Part shown: positions 29,060 through 41,657 of the stretch, one piece after another | How the letters are laid out: every line of letters starts with the position of its first letter | Position numbering within the stretch: the stretch's first letter is position 1 | Source: Alphaproteobacteria bacterium | GTDB taxonomy: Bacteria > Pseudomonadota > Alphaproteobacteria > UBA828 | DNA length: 64,000 nt | NCBI GenBank assembly: GCA_965237415.1 | Contig: CBDEFM010000002.1 | Coordinates: 3,232,001 to 3,296,000 of the forward strand | Direction: 5' to 3' | The notes under the pieces: model-generated | Database searches by the model: none | What the model was told of the DNA's origin: nothing | The model's input: the letters and a program-made list of their open reading frames with translations, nothing else | Program-made: the position numbers and the translations under genes

Positions 29060-29911
29060 TTAGCCGAAGCGCCCGGTGATGTAGTCCTGCGTCCGCTGAT
29101 CGTGCGGATTGGTGAATATCTGCTCGGTCGCCTCGAACTCCACTAGTTCGCCCAGGTGGAAGAACGCGGTGAACTGGGAGACCCGGGCGGCCTGCTGCAT
29201 ATTGTGGGTGACGATGGCGATCGTGTAGTGCTCCCTGAGCTCGTCGATCAACTCCTCCACCTTGGCCGTGGCGATGGGGTCCAGGGCCGAGCAGGGCTCG
29301 TCCATCAGGATGACCTCCGGGCTGATGGCGATGGCGCGCGCAATGCAAAGCCGCTGCTGCTGCCCGCCGGAGAGGCTGGTGCCCGGTTGTTGGAGCCGGT
29401 CGGAGACTTCGTCGAAGAGGCCGGCACGTCGGAGGCTCTGTTCGACAACATCGTCGAGCTCTCGGCCCTTGCTGGCGAGCCCGTGGATGCGTGGGCCGTA
29501 GGCCACGTTCTCGTAGATCGACTTCGGGAACGGATTGGGCTTCTGGAACACCATGCCCACGCGCGCCCGCAACTGCACCACGTCGATATCGCGGCCGTAA
29601 ATGTCCCGGTCATCCAGCGTGATCGATCCGGTCACCCGGCAAATGTCGATGATGTCATTCATGCGGTTGAGGCAGCGCAGGAAGGTGGACTTGCCGCAGC
29701 CCGACGGGCCGATCAGCGCCGTTACCTTGTTCTGGGCCAGATCGATGTCGACATCGAAGAGCGCCTGCTTCTCGCCATAAGAGACGTTGACGTCGCGCGC
29801 GCGCATCCTGATGAGTGCTGGCGCCTCGGCACGGGCGCCGACGGGTGCGGCTGCGGGAGCGCCCGTCTCCTCCATCATCAGTGTGACCACTCCGTCGGTG
29901 TCGTCGGTCAC
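29060..29911 (-). CDS. pstB: Phosphate ABC transporter ATPase
   Basis: [39 protein letters not shown]. Confidence 0.96.
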   Translation of the reverse strand: MTDDTDGVVTLMMEETGAPAAAPVGARAEAPALIRMRARDVNVSYGEKQALFDVDIDLAQNKVTALIGPSGCGKSTFLRCLNRMNDIIDICRVTGSITLDDRDIYGRDIDVVQLRARVGMVFQKPNPFPKSIYENVAYGPRIHGLASKGRELDDVVEQSLRRAGLFDEVSDRLQQPGTSLSGGQQQRLCIARAIAISPEVILMDEPCSALDPIATAKVEELIDELREHYTIAIVTHNMQQAARVSQFTAFFHLGELVEFEATEQIFTNPHDQRTQDYITGRFG

Positions 29912-29929
29912 GATACCACTCCCGCCCGC

Positions 29930-31240
29930 CTACCAGCGGATCTCGAATTTGCGCCTGAGATAAATCGCCACCGCGTTCATCAGGATGAGGAAGGCCAGCA
30001 GCACGAGAATTGCCGCCGAGACCTTCTCGACGAAGCCGCGCTCCGGGCTGTCCGCCCAGAGGAAGATCTGCACCGGCAGCGCCGTCGCCGGATCGAAGGG
30101 GCCGCCGGGGATGTCCACGATGAAGGCCACCATCCCGATCATCAGGAGGGGCGCGGTCTCGCCTAGCGCGCGCGCCATGCCGATAATCGTGCCGGTGAGG
30201 ATGCCGGGCATGGCGAGCGGCAGCACATGGTGGAAGACGACCTGAATCGGCGACGCGCCGACGCCGTAAGCGCCCTCGCGGATGGAGGGCGGCACCGCCT
30301 TGAGCGCAGAGCGGGCCGCGATGATGATCGTCGGCAGCGTCATCAGCGTGAGTGTGAGCCCGCCCACGATGGGCGCAGAGCGCGGCAGGTGGAACAGGTT
30401 GATGAACACCGCGAGCCCAAGCAGCCCGAACACGATGGAAGGCACCGCGGCGAGGTTGTTGATGTTGACCTCGATCAGGTCGGTGATGCGGTTTTTGGGC
30501 GCAAACTCCTCGAGATAGATGGCTGCGGTCACGCCGATCGGGAACGTCAGCACCAGCGTGACCAGAAGCATATAGAACGAGCCTGCGATCGCGCCACCAA
30601 TGCCTGCAATCTCAGGTTCCCGCGAATCTGCGTTGAAAAAAAATTCGCCGTTGAACCCGGTCTCCACGAAGCCGGCGGCATCGAAGGTGTCGATCCAGGC
30701 AATCTGCTGGTCGTCGAGCCGGCGCTCGTCTTCCGGCACGTCGCGGGGCGCGCTCCCCTTGATCAGCATGTCAACATCGCTGGACGCGGTGAGCCAGACG
30801 CGCCGCGTTGTGCCGATGATCGAAGGATCGTCCACCACCAGACCGCGCAACTCGAAGCGCGCTGACGTGCTCACGAGCTTGAGCAACTTGCGCCGCTCCT
30901 TCCGCGCTGTCACCTCAGGGAAGGTGGCAAAGACGGATTCTCTCAAGAGCCTGCCGTAGTCTGCTTTTCGAAGCTCGTCCGCGCTCGGGGCTTCGCCCAC
31001 GCCGAGGACCTTGGGATCGAAGCTGACCTCGAGCGCGACCGAGGTCCTCACGAAGGCGGGGTAGCCTTCGGCGATGACACTGCCGATCAGGAGCGCGAGG
31101 AAGGCGAGAGCGACCGCCACCGCGATGATGCCGTAGGTCTTGAAGCGCCGCTCGGCGCGGTAGCGCCGGCGGAGGCGGCGCTTCGCCCAGTCAGCATCCT
31201 GCCAGGCGCCGCCGAGCGCCGGCTCTGCGAGGTCAGTCAT
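29930..31240 (-). CDS. pstA: Phosphate ABC transporter permease PstA
   Basis: NLAAVPSIVFGL, RALGETAPL. Confidence 0.95.
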   Translation of the reverse strand: MTDLAEPALGGAWQDADWAKRRLRRRYRAERRFKTYGIIAVAVALAFLALLIGSVIAEGYPAFVRTSVALEVSFDPKVLGVGEAPSADELRKADYGRLLRESVFATFPEVTARKERRKLLKLVSTSARFELRGLVVDDPSIIGTTRRVWLTASSDVDMLIKGSAPRDVPEDERRLDDQQIAWIDTFDAAGFVETGFNGEFFFNADSREPEIAGIGGAIAGSFYMLLVTLVLTFPIGVTAAIYLEEFAPKNRITDLIEVNINNLAAVPSIVFGLLGLAVFINLFHLPRSAPIVGGLTLTLMTLPTIIIAARSALKAVPPSIREGAYGVGASPIQVVFHHVLPLAMPGILTGTIIGMARALGETAPLLMIGMVAFIVDIPGGPFDPATALPVQIFLWADSPERGFVEKVSAAILVLLAFLILMNAVAIYLRRKFEIRW

Positions 31241-32615
31241 ATTGCTCTCGGTACTTGCGCGCGATGTGGAGCGCGAAGATGTTGAGCGCGAGCGTCACGA
31301 TGAAGAGCATCAGCCCCAGTGCGAAGGCGGCGAGGGTCTTGGCGCTGTCGAACTCCTGATCGCCGACGAGCAGCGTCACGATCTGCACTGTGACGGTGGT
31401 TACCGCGTCGAGCGGATTGGCGGTGAGGTTGGCCGCGAGGCCTGCGGCCATCACCACGATCATGGTCTCGCCGATGGCGCGGCTCACCGCGAGCAGGCAG
31501 GCGGCGACGATTCCATGCAGCGCCGCCGGCAGGATCACCCTGACCACGGTCTCCGACTTGGTCGCCCCCATGGCGAGCGAGCCTTCGCGCAGCGAATTGG
31601 GCACGGCGACGATGGCATCGTCGCTCAGCGACGAGATGAAGGGGATGACCATGATCCCCATGACGACGCCGGCGGCGAGCGCGCTCTCGGACGCCACGTC
31701 GAGGCCGATCGATTCGCCAATCCCCCTGATCGACGGTGCCACCACCAGTGCCGCGAAGAAGCCATAGACCACGGTCGGCACGCCGGCCAGGATTTCCAGG
31801 ATCGGCTTCGCCACGTTGCGGAACCTGGGGCTCGCGAATTCGGCCATGTAGATGGCGGCGAAGAGGCCGACTGGCAGAGCGACGAGCATGGCGATCAGCG
31901 TGATCATCAGCGTGCCGGTGAAGAGCGGGATGGCGCCGAACGCACCGGTGCTGCCGACCTGATCGGCGCGGATGGCTGTCTGCGGGCTCCATTGCAGGCC
32001 GAACAGAAAATCCCAGAAGGGGATGATCGAGAAAAAGCGGATCGATTCGAACAGCACCGAGAGAACGATGCCGATGGTGGTGACGATGGCGATGCAGGAG
32101 GAGAGGATCAGCGCAATGTTTACCACCCGCTCGACCTTGTTGCGCGCGCGCAAGCCGGGCGCAATGCGCCGCCAAGCCCAGCCGAAGCCGGCGCCCCCTA
32201 AGGCCACGCCGATAGCCAGCACCGCGGCTTGCGCCGTCGATTTCATGCTGGCGTAGCGGCCGGCCGCCGCCTGCATGGCCGGGTCGACCTCGCGGCTTAC
32301 CACGTCGCCTGAGGCCAGATTGCGCACATCGTTGAGCAAGAGGCCGATCATCGCGTCCGACTGCTCCGCCACCTCTGGGCCGAGGTAGGAGAGCAGCAGC
32401 GCCTCCAGGATCGGCGCCTCGATAATCAGCCAGACGATGAGGACGATGGCGGAGGGGATGCCGCACCAGAGCGCCACGTACCAGCCGTGATAGCTCGGCA
32501 TCGAGTGGAGCTTGCTGAGATTGCTGCCGGCCGAGCGGAGCGCCCGCCGGCGGCCGAAGTAGAGGCCGATGACCGCGAGCGCCAGGATCGCGATGAGAAG
32601 AATGGTGAGCTGCAC
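31233..32615 (-). CDS. pstC: Phosphate ABC transporter permease PstC
   Basis: LAGVPTVVYG, SRAIGETM; GTG start at 32615 chosen. Confidence 0.95.
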   Translation of the reverse strand: MQLTILLIAILALAVIGLYFGRRRALRSAGSNLSKLHSMPSYHGWYVALWCGIPSAIVLIVWLIIEAPILEALLLSYLGPEVAEQSDAMIGLLLNDVRNLASGDVVSREVDPAMQAAAGRYASMKSTAQAAVLAIGVALGGAGFGWAWRRIAPGLRARNKVERVVNIALILSSCIAIVTTIGIVLSVLFESIRFFSIIPFWDFLFGLQWSPQTAIRADQVGSTGAFGAIPLFTGTLMITLIAMLVALPVGLFAAIYMAEFASPRFRNVAKPILEILAGVPTVVYGFFAALVVAPSIRGIGESIGLDVASESALAAGVVMGIMVIPFISSLSDDAIVAVPNSLREGSLAMGATKSETVVRVILPAALHGIVAACLLAVSRAIGETMIVVMAAGLAANLTANPLDAVTTVTVQIVTLLVGDQEFDSAKTLAAFALGLMLFIVTLALNIFALHIARKYREQYD

Positions 32616-32692
32616 GCCGTCGGCCGCCCCTGCACCTTGCGCCCGATCGAGCGAGCGCTTGCCGCACACTACGAACGGGCTGGTTCAGGCAT

Positions 32693-32721
32693 AAGTCAGT
32701 TTCGTTACGATTTTGTGACGG
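32693..32721 (-). promoter_or_regulatory. Pho box upstream of pstC
   Basis: Minus strand CCGTCAC-aaaa-TCGTAAC-gaaa-CTGACTT, three 11-bp-phased half-sites overlapping the phoR stop. Confidence 0.7.
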
Positions 32722-34201
32722 CTACTTCGGACGATTCGTCCGCTCTCCCGTTGGCCGTGTCGCTTGCCGGCTGCGCCGCCCCTTCCAGCGCCGCGTCTTC
32801 GGCCACCGCGGCGGGCTGCAGGTAAACCGTGAACGTGCTGCCTTTTCCGGGGGTGCTGTCGATGGCGAGCGCACCGCGGTGCCTGTTCACGATGTGCTTG
32901 ACGATGGCGAGCCCGAGGCCGGTGCCGCCGAGCTCGCGCGAGCGCGCCTTGTCCACGCGGTAGAAGCGCTCCGTGAGCCGCGGCAGATGCTCGCGCGGAA
33001 TACCCGCGCCCCGGTCAACGACAGAGACTGCAACCGCGCCGTCTTTGCTCGCCATCCAACCGGCCGCCTGCGCCTCCGCCACCCGGCGCGCTTCCACACT
33101 GACGGTTCCCTCGGCGTCGCCGTACTTGATCGCGTTGTCGACCAGGTTGAGAAACACCTGGGTGAGCTCGTCGCCGTCGCCGATCACGGGCGGCAGGCCG
33201 TCTTCGGTGTCGATGGCAACGGTCACGCCGCGCTTTTCCGCCTGCCATGCGAGCGTGTTGTGCACGTTTGCGAGCAGAGAGGGGAGCGGCACCGCTTCGG
33301 TCGGCGGCGTGTGCTCGTTCATCTCGATGCGTGAGAGTGAGAGCAGGTCCTCGACAAGGCGCGCCATGCGCTTGCTGTGCTGATCCATGATGGCGAGGAA
33401 GCGCTCGCGCGCGGCGGGGTCGTCGCGGGCGGACCCCTGCAGCGTCTCGATGAATCCCATCAGCGTGGCCAGCGGCGTCCTGATCTCGTGGCTCGCATTG
33501 GCGACGAAGTCCGCCCGCATCTGATCGGTGCGGCGCACCGCCGTGAAGTCGACGAGCGCGAGTAGAACGGCAGCACCGCCCTCCCTCGGCTCGGGCAGCG
33601 GCTCCACCCGCGCCGCGAAGGTCCGTTCGACCGGCGCTTGCAGCGTGAACTCGATGTCGCGCCCACCGGCACCCTCGAGGGTCTGCTCGACCGCTTCGAT
33701 CAGTTGCGGATTGCGCAGCGACGCAGCGATGTGGCGCCCGATCACCTTGCCGTCGAGGAGCGATTCGGCCGCCCGGTTGGCACGCACGATCTTGCGCTCG
33801 GCATCCAGCAGGAGGAGCGGCTCGGGCAAGGCATCGAGCGCGCGTTCGAGCTCGGCCCGCTCGCTCGCGAGCTGCGCCCGGTCCTCGGCGCCGAGCCGGG
33901 CCAGGCGCTCGACCGATGCCGCAAGCTCACGGGTGAGGAGCCCCGCCGGAACGGGGCGTCGCTGTGCTTCGCCCTCGCTCCCGGCAGAGGTCTCCACATG
34001 GCGCGCCAGCGCGCCCACCTCCGCCAGTATCATGCCGGCTACCGCTGCCGCGAGAAGGCTGAGGCCCGCCCAAGCCAGCACCGCCGCGATGGGCGGCGTG
34101 AGGCTCAGTGCGGCAAGCACCAGGAATGCGGTTCCAAGTGGCAACGATGCCGCAAGGCTGAGCCGCCCCCACCGGCGAAGCGGAACAACGCGTGCCGCCA
34201 T
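32705..34201 (-). CDS. phoR: Phosphate regulon sensor histidine kinase
   Basis: PAS domain; [42 protein letters not shown]. Confidence 0.93.
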   Translation of the reverse strand: MAARVVPLRRWGRLSLAASLPLGTAFLVLAALSLTPPIAAVLAWAGLSLLAAAVAGMILAEVGALARHVETSAGSEGEAQRRPVPAGLLTRELAASVERLARLGAEDRAQLASERAELERALDALPEPLLLLDAERKIVRANRAAESLLDGKVIGRHIAASLRNPQLIEAVEQTLEGAGGRDIEFTLQAPVERTFAARVEPLPEPREGGAAVLLALVDFTAVRRTDQMRADFVANASHEIRTPLATLMGFIETLQGSARDDPAARERFLAIMDQHSKRMARLVEDLLSLSRIEMNEHTPPTEAVPLPSLLANVHNTLAWQAEKRGVTVAIDTEDGLPPVIGDGDELTQVFLNLVDNAIKYGDAEGTVSVEARRVAEAQAAGWMASKDGAVAVSVVDRGAGIPREHLPRLTERFYRVDKARSRELGGTGLGLAIVKHIVNRHRGALAIDSTPGKGSTFTVYLQPAAVAEDAALEGAAQPASDTANGRADESSEVAVTKS

Positions 34202-34267
34202 CGATCGGCTCTCCTTCGGAGCGTGGTTTCGGGCGCCTGAGTCTACCAAAGGGTTCTCGCCCTAAGC

Positions 34268-34296
34268 ATGACGAATATGTGACGAACAGGTGTCAG
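34268..34296 (-). promoter_or_regulatory. Pho box upstream of phoR
   Basis: Minus strand CTGACAC-ctgt-TCGTCAC-atat-TCGTCAT, three 11-bp-phased half-sites. Confidence 0.7.
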
Positions 34297-34350
34297 AGGC
34301 GCCGCCGTCAGGCGCGAAACGCCGGTGCCTCCTTGTGCTACTTTTGCGCC

Positions 34351-37086
34351 ATGCCCAATGACGCCGAGGCGCAAGCGACCGCCGCGCCGGCCGCCGCCCG
34401 CGGCGCCCGCCGGGGCCGGCCACGCGCCCGCCGTGTGGAACCGGCGACGCCGATGATGGCGCAGTATCTCGAAATCAAGGGCGCCAACCCGGACCACCTC
34501 CTCTTCTACCGGATGGGCGACTTCTACGAGCTCTTCTTCGACGATGCACGTCAAGCTTCAGATGCGCTCGACATCGCGCTCACCAAGCGGGGCCTCCACC
34601 AGGGGCAGGAGATCCCCATGTGCGGGGTGCCCGTGGTGAGCGCCGAGGGCTACCTCCAGCGGCTCATCCGCAAGGGCTTCAAGGTCGCGGTGTGCGAACA
34701 GGTCGAGGACCCGGCAGAGGCGCGCAAGCGCGGCGCAAAGGCGGTCGTGCGCCGCGAGGTGATCCGGCTGTTGACGCCGGGGACGCTGAGCGAGGACGCG
34801 CTGCTGGATGCGCGCGCGGCCAACTATCTCGCAGCGCTCGCCCAGGCCGAAGGGGCGCTGGCGCTGGCGTGGGCCGAGATGTCCACCGGCGAATTCGCGG
34901 TGATGGGTGTCTCGGAGTCCTCTCTGCCCGCAGCGCTCGCGCGCATCGAGCCCGGCGAACTCCTGGTGCCCGAGCCTTTGCTCGAAGCTCCGGCGCTCTT
35001 CGAGGTATTCGCCGAGTGGAAGGCCGTCCTCACCCCCCAGCCGCGCTCGCTCTTCGATAGCGTGGCCTCGGGGCGCGCGCTCGCAGCCTTCTACGGCATT
35101 GCCTCCCTCGATGGCCTCGGCAGTTTTGGCCGGGCGGAGCTCGCGGCGGCGGGCGCCGTGCTCGGCTATCTCAGGCTTACCCAGAAGGGCCAACTACCCC
35201 GGCTCGCGCGGCTCCGCTCGACCGCGGCCGGGGCAGCGATGACGATCGACGCCGCGACCCGGCGCAACCTGGAACTCACGGCGACGCTGGAAGGGGGCGC
35301 CGCCGGCAGCCTGCTTGCGGTCATCGACCGTACCGTGACCGGCGCCGGCGCCCGGCTGCTCAGGGCACGGCTCACAGCGCCGCTCACCGACCCGGACGCC
35401 ATCGCCGAGCGCCTCGATTCGGTCGGTTTTCTCGTCGAGGCCGAGGGCGCGCGGCACGGCCTCAGGGAGCGGCTGCGGCGCTGCCCGGATATGGAACGTG
35501 CGCTCTCACGGCTCAGCCTCGGCCGCGGCGGGCCGCGCGACCTCGCCGCGGTGCGCGACGCGCTCGGACAGATTCCGGCGATCCGCGATGCCCTCGGCGC
35601 CGATGCTGCGGGCGGCCTGCAGGCGCCGCCACCGGCGCTCGCGGCCTCTCTCAAGGCGCTCGGCCATCACCAGAGCCTCGTCGACCGACTGACGCGCGCC
35701 CTGGTGGAGAGCCCGCCGCCCGGCACCCGGGACGGCGGCATCATCGCGCGCGGCTACGATGCGGCGCTTGACGAGGTGGTTGAGCTTCGCGACCACAGCC
35801 GGCGCCTGGTCGGCGGGCTGGAGGCCCGCTACCGCAGCGAGACCGGCGTGGGCGCGCTCAAGGTGCGCCATAACAACGTGCTCGGCTACTACGTCGAGGT
35901 GCCGCCACAGCGGGCCAAGGCGCTGCCCGAGGCCTTCATTCACCGGCAGACCCTTGCCAGCGCCGTCCGCTACACGACCGTGGAGCTGGGCGAGCTCGAA
36001 GCGCGGATCAACGGCGCGGCCGAGAAGGCGCTCGCGCTCGAGCAGGCACACTTCGACGATCTCCGCGCAGATGTCGTCCGCCGGGCGGACGATATCGCGC
36101 GTGCCGCCGGCGCGCTCGCAATGCTCGACGTGGCCGAGGGGCTGGCGCTGCTCGCGGTCGAGCGCCGCTACGTGCGGCCGGTCGTCGATCGCACGCTCGC
36201 ATTCGAGATCAGGGGCGGACGGCACCCGGTGGTCGAGGCGATGGGTGCGGGCGGAGACACACCCTTCGTCCCCAACGACTGCGAGCTCGGCGATGCGGCC
36301 AGGATTTGGCTGGTCACCGGCCCCAACATGGCCGGCAAGAGCACCTTCCTGCGCCAGAATGCGCTGATCGCGGTGCTGGCCCAGATGGGCTCGTTCGTGC
36401 CCGCCGACGAAGCCCGCATCGGCGTGGTGGACCGGCTCTTCTCCCGCGTGGGCGCAGCGGACGACCTCGCGCGAGGCCGCTCCACCTTCATGGTTGAGAT
36501 GGTGGAGACCGCCGCCATCCTCAATCAGGCCGGCGAGCGCGCCCTGGTGATCCTCGATGAGATCGGGCGGGGCACCGCCACCTATGACGGGCTCTCGATC
36601 GCCTGGGCCGCAATCGAGCACCTGCACGACAGCAACCGCTGCCGGTCGCTCTTCGCGACCCATTATCACGAGCTCACGGCGCTTGCCCAAAAGCTCGACC
36701 GGCTCGCCTGCCACACCATGCGAATCAAGGAATGGCAGGGCAAGGTCGTGTTCCTGCACGAGGTGGCGCCGGGCGCGGCCGATCGTTCCTACGGCATCCA
36801 CGTGGCGCGCCTTGCGGGATTGCCCGAGGCGGTGCTCGCCCGCGCCGAGGAGGTGCTGGCGCTGCTCGAACAGGGCGACAAAGCCAATGCCGCCGCCCGG
36901 CTCGCCAACGACCTGCCGCTTTTTCAGGCCCGCCCGCAGGCGGCGCCCGCCCAGGCGGAACCGGCACCCGATCCGCTCCGTGCCCGCCTCGCCGAGATCA
37001 ACCCCGACGACCTCACCCCGCGGGATGCGCTGGAGCTCGTCTACGCGCTCCGCGCCGGGGTCAGGGACGATGAGACCCCGGACTGA
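34351..37086 (+). CDS. mutS: DNA mismatch repair protein MutS
   Basis: [33 protein letters not shown]. Confidence 0.97.
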   Translation: MPNDAEAQATAAPAAARGARRGRPRARRVEPATPMMAQYLEIKGANPDHLLFYRMGDFYELFFDDARQASDALDIALTKRGLHQGQEIPMCGVPVVSAEGYLQRLIRKGFKVAVCEQVEDPAEARKRGAKAVVRREVIRLLTPGTLSEDALLDARAANYLAALAQAEGALALAWAEMSTGEFAVMGVSESSLPAALARIEPGELLVPEPLLEAPALFEVFAEWKAVLTPQPRSLFDSVASGRALAAFYGIASLDGLGSFGRAELAAAGAVLGYLRLTQKGQLPRLARLRSTAAGAAMTIDAATRRNLELTATLEGGAAGSLLAVIDRTVTGAGARLLRARLTAPLTDPDAIAERLDSVGFLVEAEGARHGLRERLRRCPDMERALSRLSLGRGGPRDLAAVRDALGQIPAIRDALGADAAGGLQAPPPALAASLKALGHHQSLVDRLTRALVESPPPGTRDGGIIARGYDAALDEVVELRDHSRRLVGGLEARYRSETGVGALKVRHNNVLGYYVEVPPQRAKALPEAFIHRQTLASAVRYTTVELGELEARINGAAEKALALEQAHFDDLRADVVRRADDIARAAGALAMLDVAEGLALLAVERRYVRPVVDRTLAFEIRGGRHPVVEAMGAGGDTPFVPNDCELGDAARIWLVTGPNMAGKSTFLRQNALIAVLAQMGSFVPADEARIGVVDRLFSRVGAADDLARGRSTFMVEMVETAAILNQAGERALVILDEIGRGTATYDGLSIAWAAIEHLHDSNRCRSLFATHYHELTALAQKLDRLACHTMRIKEWQGKVVFLHEVAPGAADRSYGIHVARLAGLPEAVLARAEEVLALLEQGDKANAAARLANDLPLFQARPQAAPAQAEPAPDPLRARLAEINPDDLTPRDALELVYALRAGVRDDETPD

Positions 37087-37149
37087 CCCGCAGCCCTGCA
37101 CCGGTATAAGATCGGGGCCTTCGGATCGACAGCGGGGTCGCGCGAGGCG

Positions 37150-38022
37150 ATGAAACCGCCGCCATTCGCCTATGAATGCCCGAGCCATGTGGCCGAAGCC
37201 GTGGCAATGCTCGCGGCGCATGGCGGGGATGCGCGGCCGCTCGCCGGCGGGCAAAGCCTGGTGCCGTTGCTCAACTTCCGCCTGGCGCGGCCCGCGGTTC
37301 TGGTCGATCTCAACCGCATCGAGACGCTCAGCCGCATCAGGGTGAGCGACGGCGCGCTCCGCATCGGTGCTATGGCCCGCCAGGCTGCCGTCGAGGCCGA
37401 TCCGGACGTGGCGAGCGGCTGGCCCCTGCTGACCGAGGCAATCGGTCACATCGCCCATCCGCAGATTCGCAACCGAGGTACCGTCGGCGGCAGCCTCGCC
37501 CACAACGATCCGGCGGCCGAGCTGCCAGCGGTGATGCTGGCGCTCGATGCCGAAATATCCGCTCAAGGTCCACAGGGGCAGCGTACGATCCCGGCCGGGG
37601 AGTTCTTTGCAGGGACGATGGAGACGGCGCTCGCGCCCGACGAGCTGCTCACCGAGATTGCTGTTCCGGCACTTCCCGAGGGGACCGGCTGGGGCTTTCA
37701 GGAGGTCGCGCGGCGCCAGGGGGATTTTGCGCTCGTGGCGGTCGCGGTGCTGATGCGGCCGGGCGGCGCCGGCGCCGGCGGCCTCGACGCCCGCGTCGTG
37801 GTCACCGGCACTGGCGACGGGCCGGCCCGTATGCGCCTGGCGGAGGCGGTTCTGACTGAGCGGGGAACGCACGGCGATGCGTGCGAGGCGGCGGGCAACG
37901 CCGCGGCCGAGGCCTGCGATGCGGCGGACGATCCGCACGCGCCGGCCTGGTATCGCCAGAAGCTCGTGGCGGTGCTGACCCGCCGCGCCTGCCGCGATGC
38001 GGCGATGCGGATGGGGCGCTGA
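37150..38022 (+). CDS. Xanthine dehydrogenase/CoxM-family FAD subunit
   Basis: AGGQSL, IRNRGTVGGS. Confidence 0.9.
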   Translation: MKPPPFAYECPSHVAEAVAMLAAHGGDARPLAGGQSLVPLLNFRLARPAVLVDLNRIETLSRIRVSDGALRIGAMARQAAVEADPDVASGWPLLTEAIGHIAHPQIRNRGTVGGSLAHNDPAAELPAVMLALDAEISAQGPQGQRTIPAGEFFAGTMETALAPDELLTEIAVPALPEGTGWGFQEVARRQGDFALVAVAVLMRPGGAGAGGLDARVVVTGTGDGPARMRLAEAVLTERGTHGDACEAAGNAAAEACDAADDPHAPAWYRQKLVAVLTRRACRDAAMRMGR

Positions 38023-38511
38023 ATGGTTGACCACGAGCGCAGCGTGTGCGTGACCATCAACGGCGAGGCCCACGAGCGGCGGGTCGAGCCGAGGCTCCTG
38101 CTCTCGGACTTCATCCGCCACGAAGCGGGGCTCACCGGCACCCATGTGGGCTGCGAGCATGGGGTCTGCGGCGCCTGCACGGTGCTGATGGACGGTAAGC
38201 CCGTGCGCTCCTGCCTGATGTTTGCGGTGCAGGCGGACGGCGCCTCGGTGGAGACGGTGGAATCGCTTGCAGATGGCGAGACGCTGCACCCGCTGCAGGA
38301 AGCCTTCCGCCGCGAGCATGGGCTGCAGTGCGGCTATTGCACGCCCGGTATTCTGATGACGCTCAAGCCCTTCCTCCAGGCCAACCCGGCGCCGACCGAC
38401 GCAGAGATTCGCCGGGCGCTCTCGGGCAATCTCTGCCGCTGTACCGGCTATCAGCAGATCGTGGCGGCGGTTCGTCGGGCCGCGGCAATGCTGCGAGGCG
38501 AAGACTCATGA
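38023..38511 (+). CDS. CoxS-family 2x[2Fe-2S] subunit
   Basis: [28 protein letters not shown]. Confidence 0.93.
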   Translation: MVDHERSVCVTINGEAHERRVEPRLLLSDFIRHEAGLTGTHVGCEHGVCGACTVLMDGKPVRSCLMFAVQADGASVETVESLADGETLHPLQEAFRREHGLQCGYCTPGILMTLKPFLQANPAPTDAEIRRALSGNLCRCTGYQQIVAAVRRAAAMLRGEDS

Positions 38512-40841
38512 CCACGCGGCTGATCGGGGAGCCGGTCGAGCGGCGGGAGGATGCGCGTCTGCTCACCGGGCGGGCGCGCTTCATCGACGACATCCACCTG
38601 CCGGGCATGCTGCACGCGGCGGTGCTGCGCAGCCCCCACGCCAAGGCGCGCTTCACGCGCATCGAGGCGAGCGCGGCGCTCGTGCTCCCCGGCGTGCATG
38701 CGGTGATTACCCACGAGGACCTGGGCTTTGCCAACGCGGCCATGCCGCTGCTCAACGAGGACCCCGGCTTCATCAACCCGCGCACCCATCAGGCGTTGGC
38801 ACCGGGCCAGGTGCGTTTCGTGGGCGAGGCGGTGGCGCTGGTGGTCGCCGACAGCCGCTATCTCGCCGAGGACGCGCTGGACCTGATCGCGGTCGACTAT
38901 GCGCCAGAGGCGGCGGCGGTCGATCTCGTCGCTGCGGCGGAGCCGGGCGCGCCGCTCGTCCACGACGACACCGATTCGAACATCGCCTGCCGCACCGCCG
39001 ATCTAAGCGGGGACATCGAGAGCGCCTTCGCCGCGGCCGATTTCGTGCTGCGCGAGGAGCTCCGGCCCGAGCGGGGCGCGGCCCAGCCCATGGAGACCCG
39101 CGGCGTCGTCGCCCGCTACGACGGGAGTCTCGACCAGCTCACGATCTGGGATACCACACAGGCGCCGGTGGCGGCCCGCGGCGTGATTGCGGAGAAGCTG
39201 GGGATGCCGGAGGCCGCGATCACCGTGATCGCGCCGGATGTGGGCGGCGGCTTCGGCGTCAAGATCTTCCTGGTCTACCCGGAGGAACTGCTCATCCCCT
39301 TCGCAGCCCGGCTGCTCGGCCGCCCGGTCAAGTGGATCGAGGACCGCCGCGAGCACTTCATCGGCTCCAACCACGAGCGGCTGATGGTGCACCGCATCGA
39401 AGTGGCTGCGACGAAGGACGGGCACATCCTCGGGATCAAGGACCACTTCCTCTACGACAGCGGCGCCTACTGCCCCTACGGCCCCATCAATGCCCAGTGC
39501 GCCCAGGCCATTCTGCCCGGCCCCTACAAGATTCCGGCGGTGCACACGGAATACGAGGCCGTCTACACCAACACCCCGATCGTGAGCCCCTACCGCGGCG
39601 CGGGTCAGCCGCACGGCGCCTTCGTCATGGAAACGGCCATGAACCACGTCGCCCGTGCGCTCGGCCTCGATGCAGCCGAGATCAGGCGGCGCAATCTGGT
39701 GCGGCCCGAGGACTGCCCCTGGGATTCGGGCCGCATCTTCCAGGGCAACACGCCGCTCATCCACCGCGACAGCGACTATCCCGCCCAGCTCGCGAAGACT
39801 CTCGACGCGCTCGACTACGCGGGCGTGAAGCGCAGCCAGCCGGCGGCGCGCGAGCAGGGAATCTTCCGCGGCGCCGGCATTGCTTTCTTTGTCGAGGGCA
39901 CCGGCATCTCGCCCTACGAGGGCGTCGAGGTGCGGGTGGAGCCCACCGGCCATGTGCACGTGACGACCGGCTATCCCTCGCAGGGGCAGGGCCATCACAC
40001 GACGCTCGCGCAGGTGGTGGCGGAGACCTTGAGCGTCGCGCCGGAGCAGGTGGTAGTCGAGAGCGGGCGGAGCGACCGCTTCGCCTGGGGGGTGGGCACC
40101 TTCGCCAGCCGCTCGGCCGTGATCGGCGGCAGTGCCGCGCTCGGCGCAGCCCAGGTCGTTCGCGCGCGGGCGCTGAACCTTGCCTCGGACGAGTTGGAGG
40201 CGGCGCCCGAGGACCTGGTGCTGGCGGATGGCGCCGTCCACGTAAAGGGAGCGCCGCAGATGGCGGTCACGCTGGCCGCTCTCGCGCGCGCGGCCGACCC
40301 CATCAACACGCTGGAATCGGGCACCGAGCCCGGCTTGCGGGCCGCCGACTATTACCGCTCTCCCGACGGCGCGTTCGCGAGCGGAGTCCACGGGCTGATC
40401 GTGGTCGTGGATGCCGCCACCGGCATGGTGGAGATCGAGAAATACGTGGTGGTCCACGACTGCGGCGCGATGATCAACCCCACCATCGTCGAGGGCCAGA
40501 TCCTGGGCGGCACGGCGCAGGGGATCGGCGGCGCCTTCTACGAGAAGCTCAGGTTCGACGAGGCGGGCCAGCCGCTGGTCACGACCTTCATGGACTATCT
40601 GATCCCGACGGCCATGGAGATCCCGCCCATCGAGATTATTCACATGGAGAGCCGCTCCAGCCTCAACCCCTTGGGCGTCAAGGGTGTGGGCGAGGGCGGC
40701 GCGATCCCGGCCGCCGCGGCCTTCGCCGGCGCCGTCGAAGACGCACTGGAGCCCTTCGGCGCGATCATCCGCGCTGTCCCCCTCGACCCGCCTGCCGTGC
40801 TGGCCCTGATCGAGGGGCGGAGTGGGGACAGCACGGCATGA
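38508..40841 (+). CDS. Xanthine dehydrogenase/CoxL-like molybdopterin subunit
   Basis: [26 protein letters not shown]; lacks the form I AYRCSFR loop. Confidence 0.9.
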   Translation: MTTRLIGEPVERREDARLLTGRARFIDDIHLPGMLHAAVLRSPHAKARFTRIEASAALVLPGVHAVITHEDLGFANAAMPLLNEDPGFINPRTHQALAPGQVRFVGEAVALVVADSRYLAEDALDLIAVDYAPEAAAVDLVAAAEPGAPLVHDDTDSNIACRTADLSGDIESAFAAADFVLREELRPERGAAQPMETRGVVARYDGSLDQLTIWDTTQAPVAARGVIAEKLGMPEAAITVIAPDVGGGFGVKIFLVYPEELLIPFAARLLGRPVKWIEDRREHFIGSNHERLMVHRIEVAATKDGHILGIKDHFLYDSGAYCPYGPINAQCAQAILPGPYKIPAVHTEYEAVYTNTPIVSPYRGAGQPHGAFVMETAMNHVARALGLDAAEIRRRNLVRPEDCPWDSGRIFQGNTPLIHRDSDYPAQLAKTLDALDYAGVKRSQPAAREQGIFRGAGIAFFVEGTGISPYEGVEVRVEPTGHVHVTTGYPSQGQGHHTTLAQVVAETLSVAPEQVVVESGRSDRFAWGVGTFASRSAVIGGSAALGAAQVVRARALNLASDELEAAPEDLVLADGAVHVKGAPQMAVTLAALARAADPINTLESGTEPGLRAADYYRSPDGAFASGVHGLIVVVDAATGMVEIEKYVVVHDCGAMINPTIVEGQILGGTAQGIGGAFYEKLRFDEAGQPLVTTFMDYLIPTAMEIPPIEIIHMESRSSLNPLGVKGVGEGGAIPAAAAFAGAVEDALEPFGAIIRAVPLDPPAVLALIEGRSGDSTA

Positions 40842-40943
40842 CCTTGGTGAAGCCCGCCAACGATGGTCAACACTCGGGGGAAGAGCGAGTGTTCTAGCCG
40901 GCGTTATGTTCACTTCGAGTCTGTTTCCAGAAGGGGATGACGA

Positions 40944-41657
40944 TTGAGAATTCGACAAGTTGTTAATGAATCCGGCTCGTTTTCTGGAAGAGCGTTCGAT
41001 TTCGTCGTTCTCTTCCTGATCGTTTTCTCGATCATCACTTTGACTATAGATACGCTACCCGATTTGCCATCTTTCGTTAGTGACTTTCTTGATATTTCCG
41101 AGATCGTTATAACGGTTTTGTTTACAATCGAATACCTCGTTCGCATTGCTGCCGCTCCGAAGAAAATAGGTTACATACTCAGCTTCTATGGAATCGTAGA
41201 CTTAATTGCGATTCTTCCATTTTATATTGCGTTGGGTGTAGACCTTCGTGCAGTCCGTGCGTTTCGTTTGTTTCGCATTATCCGTATCTTGAAACTGACA
41301 CGCTACAGCCGGGCTATGGAACGCTTTGCGAAAGCACTCTCGTATGCAAAAGAAGAGGTGGTTATATTTTTCATTGCAACGATAATAATCCTGTATCTAG
41401 CCTCAGTTGGAATGTACTACTTTGAGCATGATGCGCAGCCGGACGCGTTTCGATCAATATTCGACAGCCTGTGGTGGGCTGTTGCCACGCTGACAACGGT
41501 TGGATACGGCGATATATACCCAGTAACTGTGGGTGGCAAGATATTCACATTCGTGATCCTTATGTGCGGTTTGGGTGTCGTGGCAGTGCCAGCTGGGCTC
41601 ATTTCAGCAGCATTGTCAAAAGTGCGACGAGATGAGGATCGCGAGAAGAATGAGTAA
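40944..41657 (+). CDS. Voltage-gated-type (6TM) potassium channel / ion transporter
   Basis: S4-like RAVRAFRLFRIIRILK; selectivity filter TTVGYGD; AT-rich coding sequence. Confidence 0.9.
   Translation: MRIRQVVNESGSFSGRAFDFVVLFLIVFSIITLTIDTLPDLPSFVSDFLDISEIVITVLFTIEYLVRIAAAPKKIGYILSFYGIVDLIAILPFYIALGVDLRAVRAFRLFRIIRILKLTRYSRAMERFAKALSYAKEEVVIFFIATIIILYLASVGMYYFEHDAQPDAFRSIFDSLWWAVATLTTVGYGDIYPVTVGGKIFTFVILMCGLGVVAVPAGLISAALSKVRRDEDREKNE

Noticed and set aside
38508-40841. Aerobic CO dehydrogenase (coxL form I)
   Set aside because: Lacks the AYRCSFR loop, and no coxDEFG accessory genes are adjacent.
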